12,601 nucleotides of DNA, from contig JBHLNZ010000082.1 of the NCBI GenBank assembly GCA_048941015.1, positions 1-12,601 of the forward strand. Direction: 5' to 3'. How positions within the stretch are numbered: position 1 is the stretch's first letter; each line of letters begins with the position of its first letter. The notes under the pieces are model-generated. The model had not been told where the DNA came from, did no database searches, and saw nothing but the letters and a program-made list of their open reading frames with translations. Origin of the DNA: Promethearchaeota archaeon (GTDB lineage Archaea > Asgardarchaeota > Lokiarchaeia > Sigyniarchaeales > SOKP01). A program made the position numbers and the translations under genes. Shown here one piece after another: positions 6,625-12,601 of this stretch.

Positions 6625-6891
6625 TTAAAATCGGAAATTTCCTCTTCTATTATATGGATTAGGTGGAGCCTTTTCAGTAACGACTACGTTACTCGCTTGA
6701 GGTCCTTTCTGACCCTCAACTATTTCAAACTCAACTTTATCATTTTCGTTTAGAGTTTTGTATTCATCATCTCTACCAGCTAATGCGGTATAATGAACAA
6801 ATACATCTGTTCCTTCTTCAGAATTTATAAATCCATAGCCCTTACGGCTATTAAACCATTTTACTGTTCCTTTTACCAATTTTAAAACCAA
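6625..6891 (-). CDS. Cold-shock domain protein (csp2), TTG start, short Arg/aromatic tail
   Basis: [30 protein letters not shown]; 63/77 residues identical to csp1 up to KAPP (hand count); tail [11 protein letters not shown]. Confidence 0.95.
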   Translation of the reverse strand: MVLKLVKGTVKWFNSRKGYGFINSEEGTDVFVHYTALAGRDDEYKTLNENDKVEFEIVEGQKGPQASNVVVTEKAPPNPYNRRGNFRF

Positions 6892-6910
6892 TTTATTAAT
6901 TTTCTATTGA

Positions 6911-6942
6911 AGTTCTTTACTTTTTTTTATTTATAAAGAACT
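6911..6942 (-). promoter_or_regulatory. 5' leader hairpin of csp2
   Basis: Perfect 9-bp inverted repeat AGTTCTTTA-N14-TAAAGAACT, 19 nt upstream of the TTG. Confidence 0.6.
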
Positions 6943-6965
6943 AATAAAAAAAAGAGTTTAAGAAT

Positions 6966-6982
6966 AATAAACTTTGACTTTT
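6966..6982 (-). promoter_or_regulatory. Putative BRE/TATA promoter of csp2
   Basis: Minus strand AAAAGTCAAAGTTTATT; matches 2022-2038 at 14/17 positions. Confidence 0.5.
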
Positions 6983-7258
6983 TTGAACTTTTTTATAAAA
7001 AATATTGTTGAAAAACAATCATTGGACTATATGTACCTTTTTTAATTGAATTTACTTCAAGAAGTTAATTCTTTTGAAGATTTATAGTGTATCTATTAAT
7101 CAATTAGTTCATAAATTAATCATGAATGACATCGAATTGATATAATTTTTTTCCTTTAACCTAAACTAAGAAATATAACCGTTTGAATTCCATTTAGAAT
7201 TTGAATTTAATAATTACAAAAAAATTAGAGGTGTATCAAAATTAATTTAAAAAATATA

Positions 7259-7573
7259 GTGAAAGGTATCATAAAATCGTTCCTACTACTACTATACACT
7301 ATATTCGTATTTGGTTTAGTGTTCGGTGGTATAGTTCCTGGAATTTTAACTCTACTCCCAGATGAAGCAAGTAAGCCGTGTTATTTAGGATATTATGCTC
7401 ATTGTTCTTTTGCACCATTTAGTACATTAATTCTGTTTGGAATGGCATTAGTAGGCGTGGTTCTTCTGGTGAAGTTAATCAAATACTTTAAACGGAAATT
7501 AAATGAACTTATGAAGAGTAATTCAAAAATAGCAAAAATAGCAACTTTGAAAAAACGAAGCGTCATCCATTAA
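7259..7573 (+). CDS. Small membrane protein with two TM helices and a Cys-containing loop
   Basis: Two hydrophobic stretches flank ASKPCYLGYYAHCSFAP; basic C-terminal tail; GTG start. Confidence 0.7.
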   Translation: MKGIIKSFLLLLYTIFVFGLVFGGIVPGILTLLPDEASKPCYLGYYAHCSFAPFSTLILFGMALVGVVLLVKLIKYFKRKLNELMKSNSKIAKIATLKKRSVIH

Positions 7574-7604
7574 ATTTATTTCTTTTTTTTTAATTTTATT
7601 TTAT

Positions 7605-8522
7605 ATGGATGAAATCGATATGAAAATTATTTCTTTATTATTAGTTAATTCACGATTATCTTATAGAGAAATTGCGGGTTATTTAGGATTATCTGTGAAT
7701 GCGGTCTATAAACGCGTTCAGATTTTGATAGAGCTAGATGTTATACATAAATTCACAGCAAGAATTAATCCTTATGCTGTTAATGCCATTTATACTTTAA
7801 TTTTTGGTGAGAGCAAAGCCGAAAACATCAATCTAGTTGCGAGTAAGCTGGGTGAACACGAAAATACATATAATATAATTTTGTCAAGTAGGAATTATTT
7901 ATACATTGGGGCGCTATTAAAAAACATCCATGAATTAGATGAATACTCATCGTTCGTGTCACAAACTGCTGAAATTCAAAATCCGTCAGTCGGTTTACTA
8001 CATGGAGTCTATTATTCATCTCCAAAAAGATATAATGTTCCTATTTCAAGAACTATTGCTACAAATCTAGATAAATTAGATATAGAAATTATCCGTTTTT
8101 TAAATAGGGACTCACGAAAGCCGATATCAGAGGTTGCTGATGATATTAACAGCACTTCAAATACCGTTCGCCGAAGATTAAATCGAATGATAAAAGAAGG
8201 TTTGATTGAATTATCAATTCAATTTAATCCGGTTTCATCTAGTGATATTTTTGCGCTACTTCAAATATCTTTAAGTCATTCATCTAATAAGGAAGAAGTG
8301 GCTCAATATATAGCTGATAATTATCAACCAAACATCTTTTTTTGTTGGGCTTTTAGCAATCTCCCTAATCTCTTATTATGCTATACATGGTGCAATAACA
8401 TGAATGAGCTTAATACTATAATCCAGAGATTAAAAAAAGATAAAGTGGAATCAGTAATTGCAGATGTACTTTTAAAGGGACTATTTTATGATACATGGAA
8501 AGAAAAGATGTTATATGAATAA
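7605..8522 (+). CDS. Lrp/AsnC-family transcriptional regulator with two tandem units
   Basis: Two wHTH repeats: MDEIDMKIISLLLVNSRLSYREIA..LGLSVNAVYKRV and LDKLDIEIIRFLNRDSRKPISEVA..STSNTVRRRLNRM. Confidence 0.9.
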   Translation: MDEIDMKIISLLLVNSRLSYREIAGYLGLSVNAVYKRVQILIELDVIHKFTARINPYAVNAIYTLIFGESKAENINLVASKLGEHENTYNIILSSRNYLYIGALLKNIHELDEYSSFVSQTAEIQNPSVGLLHGVYYSSPKRYNVPISRTIATNLDKLDIEIIRFLNRDSRKPISEVADDINSTSNTVRRRLNRMIKEGLIELSIQFNPVSSSDIFALLQISLSHSSNKEEVAQYIADNYQPNIFFCWAFSNLPNLLLCYTWCNNMNELNTIIQRLKKDKVESVIADVLLKGLFYDTWKEKMLYE

Positions 8523-8530
8523 ATCCTTAG

Positions 8531-8911
8531 TCACATAACACATATTATAACCCAAATTGCCACTCTTGTAAGATGTATTATATATGTAATAATTAGAGCA
8601 TACAAGAAGATCTTCCATGATAATAAATTTATGAATTTATAATCTCGCTCAAGTTTAGGTCCTCTTATCCATAGAATTAATCCATTTACACCCGTGATAC
8701 CTGAAATACATATTTCCACTAATAAAAGTGTCCATGAAGCGATTGGATTTATTTTGCTAAAACTATCTCCTCCTTCAAGTGCCATGCTAATCGCACGTAT
8801 AAGGAATAAGAGAGGGCCACTTCCTAAGAATAGCCACTTCAATCTGTCCCAAGTCTTTAAATTGCTTAAATCTTTCTTGTTTTCTCTGTTTGCATTAAAA
8901 GTTATTTTCAA
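8531..8911 (-). CDS. Hypothetical membrane protein (about 3 TM helices)
   Basis: Three hydrophobic segments; the start overlaps the flavodoxin 3' end and follows GAGGT. Confidence 0.65.
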   Translation of the reverse strand: MKITFNANRENKKDLSNLKTWDRLKWLFLGSGPLLFLIRAISMALEGGDSFSKINPIASWTLLLVEICISGITGVNGLILWIRGPKLERDYKFINLLSWKIFLYALIITYIIHLTRVAIWVIICVM

Positions 8912-9383
8912 TGACCTCTTCTTCCTTGGAATTATTGAGCTTATCAGATAACCTTAAACCTAGTTTTTCCATGGTATTTAAAGTACTTTCTTGTAACGGA
9001 CCTTCTTTATCAACTACTATGCCCGTAATAATTGGATTTATAATGTTTAATTTCATCTTTTTTAAATATCGCATAATTCTTTTAGCTGCAGATCCAGCTA
9101 AACGAAAATCTGCTTTAGTTTCAAATGCAAATCCTTGTTTGTTTTCAATATTTAAACCTTTAATTTTATTTAAAAATGCCTTCATTGGTTTTGAAGCTCC
9201 ATGAAAATGAGTGGGACCTCCAATTCCAATTACATCATAGTTTTCTAATTGGTTTATCTTGAAATCATTAATATATCTTGTATCTACATAAAAACCTCCT
9301 TCTTCTAATCCCCGACTCAGAGACATTGCTACTTTTTTTGTATTTCCAAATATGGAATCATACAGAATAATTACTTTTTTCAT
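8895..9383 (-). CDS. Flavodoxin-family protein
   Basis: FMN phosphate loop YDSIFGNTKKVA, YDVIGIGGPT, FAFET. Confidence 0.88.
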   Translation of the reverse strand: MKKVIILYDSIFGNTKKVAMSLSRGLEEGGFYVDTRYINDFKINQLENYDVIGIGGPTHFHGASKPMKAFLNKIKGLNIENKQGFAFETKADFRLAGSAAKRIMRYLKKMKLNIINPIITGIVVDKEGPLQESTLNTMEKLGLRLSDKLNNSKEEEVIENNF

Positions 9384-9604
9384 ATTATACCCTCGTTTTT
9401 AAGCTTTTGAACCATTTGATAATTCCTACGATAAAATATTTTGGTGAAAAAGCCATGTTCTCGTTGACAAAACGGTAGACCATTCGAAATTGAATGATAT
9501 TTAATGCATTCTTCACATTTGCCATGGTTTGAGCATTCTTCTTTAGGACAAGGACACTCAACAACATCTAATACTTCATTTCTAAGATTCTTTATTATTA
9601 CCAC
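9380..9604 (-). CDS. Small Cys/His-rich putative metal-binding protein
   Basis: CPCPKEECSNHGKCEECIKYH...LPFC; its stop overlaps the flavodoxin start (ATGA at 9380-9383). Confidence 0.75.
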   Translation of the reverse strand: MVIIKNLRNEVLDVVECPCPKEECSNHGKCEECIKYHSISNGLPFCQREHGFFTKIFYRRNYQMVQKLKNEGII

Positions 9605-9865
9605 CTAACTTATTTTTTTAAGTTTTAAATATTATTAGCCTAGATATAAATCTAAGTTCAGATAAAAGTGAATAAAGTATATATTCACATAGCTAAACAT
9701 GAATAATTCATAAACCAATTAGTAAAAAAGTGAGTTATTTTTTGGTTATCTTTTTTATTTTTCATTGAAAATTTATCTTAAAATTTATTATTATAAACTC
9801 TTTTTCAACTTATAAGAGCTCTTTTAAAATCTATTAATAGTTATTTTTGATTAAAATGATTTTTT

Positions 9866-10831
9866 ATGTTTAATCCTGATAAACCTTATGATTTTTTATC
9901 TGTTATCGATATGGCAACTATGAAAGTTTCTATACCAAGAGATAGTCATTACAGTATTGGAACTTCTCCATATTACGCCCATCAACACGGACTTGCAATT
10001 GATGTCTATCAAAACTTCTCTTTGGAAAATTATGAGGTAATGAGTCCAATATCGGGAACTGTGATTAAAATTAAAACATTGAAAGCCCCAAAACCAAAAT
10101 TTAAGCAAGGCACTGATAAAGAGTATCTTATTTTGATTAGCAATATATATCACTCAAAGACAGTTTACAAAATCCTTCATGTAAACCCAAAAATTCAAGA
10201 AGGTGAGAAAGTAAATGTTGGTGATATTATCGGAAAAACTATACGGAATGGATATTTCGCTTATTGGTCTAGTCCTCATTTACATTTAGAACTAAAAACA
10301 TTTAAAGATGCTTATCGTGCTAAGGGTGGAAAGGCTTTTTCACTTGCGACTCGAAATAGTCACTTAAAAATTTTAAGTGAAAATAAAAACAATCCTGAAC
10401 TGATTCCTGTTAAAATTAAACAAATTTTTCCAGAGTTCATGCTAGCTCAGTTTCCTGATTACATGTATAATTATATTGATCCTTTTTATGGTGTAAGTTG
10501 TAATTGTAATGATATTAACTGCTTAATAGATGGAGGCATTCCAATCTATAAAAATGGCATTATTTTTTTTCCTCATGTGCCTATTTTAGAATCTAAGAAT
10601 ATAATTTATTTAAATAAACATAGAATTGGTGAATTACGGGGTATTCATAAAAATTTTGGCTCAGTTTTGTTTGATCAGGTTGTATTTTTACTTAATGGAG
10701 AGAAAATTAGAGGCATTTCTCTATTTATGGCGGGATTTATACCTTTGATAAAAATTATACCAGAAAAAATTAATCAATTTTTATTTGAACCTGATTCTAC
10801 CCAATATTTATCAATTATTTCTAATCAATAA
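9866..10831 (+). CDS. M23-peptidase-like (LytM-fold) domain protein
   Basis: HQHGLAID, SPISGTV, ILHV, GEKVNVGDIIG, SSPHLHLE (HxH). Confidence 0.65.
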   Translation: MFNPDKPYDFLSVIDMATMKVSIPRDSHYSIGTSPYYAHQHGLAIDVYQNFSLENYEVMSPISGTVIKIKTLKAPKPKFKQGTDKEYLILISNIYHSKTVYKILHVNPKIQEGEKVNVGDIIGKTIRNGYFAYWSSPHLHLELKTFKDAYRAKGGKAFSLATRNSHLKILSENKNNPELIPVKIKQIFPEFMLAQFPDYMYNYIDPFYGVSCNCNDINCLIDGGIPIYKNGIIFFPHVPILESKNIIYLNKHRIGELRGIHKNFGSVLFDQVVFLLNGEKIRGISLFMAGFIPLIKIIPEKINQFLFEPDSTQYLSIISNQ

Positions 10832-10842
10832 TTTTACATGTA

Positions 10843-11268
10843 ATGGAAATTTATAATTCCCACATGTTAGATATTATATTAATACAACATAACAAAACCG
10901 GATTAAATCTATTAGAATATCGTCAAGAACGTACAAAAATAAAGGCTGAACATTCTGACATATTTAGTGGTTTTTTGAGCGCAATCCAAAATATTTCTCA
11001 GGAATTAGATATTGGAACGGTAATTTTAATCTCAACTGAGGGATCAAAAGGCCATAATTGTATTATCATTCCTAAAGAACTAATTAGTGTTATACTTCTT
11101 GTAGATCAAGAAGATCCGATAGATCTTTGGAGAGAACAAGGACATATCATCGCTAATAAATTTATTGAAAAATTCGGTGATTCATTTAATCCTAGTGATA
11201 TAAGACAGTTTGAAGTATTTATTCCTGCCATAAAGGAACTATGTACATTTCATGAATATTGTGATTAA
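10843..11268 (+). CDS. Stand-alone longin/roadblock-like domain protein (the start may be Met8 at 10864)
   Basis: IILIQHNKTGLNLLEY beta-hairpin, DIFSGFLSAIQNISQEL helix, three strands and a C-terminal helix F..KF...F; this is the pattern of Asgard longin-like proteins. Confidence 0.6.
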   Translation: MEIYNSHMLDIILIQHNKTGLNLLEYRQERTKIKAEHSDIFSGFLSAIQNISQELDIGTVILISTEGSKGHNCIIIPKELISVILLVDQEDPIDLWREQGHIIANKFIEKFGDSFNPSDIRQFEVFIPAIKELCTFHEYCD

Positions 11269-11292
11269 AAAATTACCTTAGTTTCTTTATCC

Positions 11293-12198
11293 TTACCCTT
11301 CTAATCCATATACTTGGTTAGGACCAAGGTATTGTGGAAACTTATCAATAATAGCTTTTCTCGCGAGAAAACATAGATGACACTCATCAACATAAGTATT
11401 TTCATGTGCGATGCTATACTTTTTTACTAATTCAGCAGGGCCGCCTTGGATTAAAGGACCTATAATAGGATGTGAATGGGGATCATACTTCTTAATAATT
11501 TCTGAAAGATTCGTCTTCCAGAAATTTCCTATACTTAATCCTTGACAAATTTGAGTATTTCCATATGAATCAATATGTACTCTTCCAAGACCTTCTAAAT
11601 CTTCATATGGACACTCTTTCAAATCTTCCCAAGATCTCCGTGGTAAATCATCAATTAAGGTTTCAATAGCCCTTCCTCGAAACATAGCACCACCACCGAT
11701 TACAGGTGTACCCTTCTCATGTTCTTTTTCAATTCCATAATCAATTGTAGGTTCATTTATGCTTATTGTTCCAACTGGAAGTCCCAACTTAGTGGCGGCC
11801 TTTTTTGCAACTTTAGAAAGATTTGCAGACTCAATTCCAAAATGAAATTCATCATCACTTACCGTAAAATCTTTTATATCATATTGGATTAAATGTTTAA
11901 GCCAAATTTCTGCATCTCTTTCGCAGTTAGCCCAATAGGAATTTGTTACAATGCCAACTTTGTAACCCTTTTCTTTTGCTTTCTTGATTCCCTCAACCAT
12001 TAATGGATAATAAAGGAATGGTTCTCCACCTTCAAAATATATCCACTCCATTGAATCAATTTTATCTGCTTCATCAAGAACCTGATCTATTTGGTTCATT
12101 GTAAAAGTGCCCTTAGAATTAGGTCCACAATATAAAAAACAATGATCACATTCATAATTACAAGCATAAGTTAATAAAAAATGAATACCAGTTAACAC
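11293..12198 (-). CDS. Radical SAM protein with C-terminal SPASM/twitch-like cysteines
   Basis: CNYECDHC (CxxxCxxC), EGGEPFL, VTN, C-terminal CPY...HIDSYGNTQIC...GN and DECHLC; GTG start. Confidence 0.9.
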   Translation of the reverse strand: MLTGIHFLLTYACNYECDHCFLYCGPNSKGTFTMNQIDQVLDEADKIDSMEWIYFEGGEPFLYYPLMVEGIKKAKEKGYKVGIVTNSYWANCERDAEIWLKHLIQYDIKDFTVSDDEFHFGIESANLSKVAKKAATKLGLPVGTISINEPTIDYGIEKEHEKGTPVIGGGAMFRGRAIETLIDDLPRRSWEDLKECPYEDLEGLGRVHIDSYGNTQICQGLSIGNFWKTNLSEIIKKYDPHSHPIIGPLIQGGPAELVKKYSIAHENTYVDECHLCFLARKAIIDKFPQYLGPNQVYGLEG

Positions 12199-12253
12199 AA
12201 CACAAAACCTTTTTTTTTGAATTACTTCAATAATAAAATGAATATAAATGAAT

Positions 12254-12601
12254 TTAAGTATCTAGATTTTCAATTATAGTTGCTAGTCCTTGTCCCCCTC
12301 CCACACAAGCATTAGCTAATCCATATTTTGCTTTTTTATCTTTTAATATACGTGCTAATGTCCCAGTGAGTCGAATCACTGTTGCTCCTAAGGGATGTCC
12401 TATTGCGGTGGAGCCCCCCATAATATTAACTTTTTCTTCTGGAATATTGAATTTATCCATACAATTTAGGGCAACAATACAAAAAGCCTCATTTATTTCC
12501 CAATAGTCAATATCATCAGCTTGCAATCCTGCACATTTTAATGCTTTTCGAGTTGCAGGAACAGGACCTCTGCCCATAACTCTTGGATCTACTCCCGCCC
12601 A
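12254..12601 (-). CDS. Acetyl-CoA acyltransferase (thiolase), C-terminal part
   Basis: The frame is open to the window edge (WAGVDPRVMGRGP...); EINEAF, GHPLGAT and CVGGGQG motifs. Confidence 0.93.
   Translation of the reverse strand, partial: WAGVDPRVMGRGPVPATRKALKCAGLQADDIDYWEINEAFCIVALNCMDKFNIPEEKVNIMGGSTAIGHPLGATVIRLTGTLARILKDKKAKYGLANACVGGGQGLATIIENLDT

Noticed and set aside
6029-10153. Short ORFs 6029-6313, 7828-8025, 8694-8951, 8911-9204, 9385-9567 and 9896-10153
   Set aside because: All overlap better-supported genes on the opposite strand or in another frame.
1-12601. CRISPR array, transposase, integrase, rRNA or tRNA genes
   Set aside because: No regularly spaced repeats, mobile-element proteins or stable-RNA signatures seen.

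Overview
AT-rich archaeal chromosomal window, most consistent with an Asgard archaeon (Lokiarchaeia/Promethearchaeota-like). This is inferred from an aIF-1A gene, a stand-alone longin-like protein, a tandem Lrp/AsnC regulator, a GGR-family reductase and GGTGA/GGAGG-type ribosome-binding sites. In order it holds: a partial geranylgeranyl-reductase-family gene, a haloalkane dehalogenase, cold-shock protein 1 (RGG tail), a DmsAB-like molybdopterin oxidoreductase pair with no Tat leader and no DmsC, a transglutaminase-like protein, aIF-1A, cold-shock protein 2, a small membrane protein plus tandem Lrp, a Cys-rich/flavodoxin/membrane operon, an M23-like protein plus a longin-like protein, a radical SAM protein and a partial thiolase. 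The most interesting signal is non-coding. The two diverged csp paralogs, about 5 kb apart, share a whole regulatory architecture: a matching BRE/TATA-like promoter, a 5' hairpin with a compensatory base-pair change, and a conserved ~55-nt structured element downstream of the stop codon. That element has an AGUA/GAA (sarcin-ricin/loop-E-like) internal loop, a TATA-like decamer before it and a U-tract after it. It is a candidate undescribed cold-shock-associated RNA motif. All structures were folded by eye and no database searches were run.
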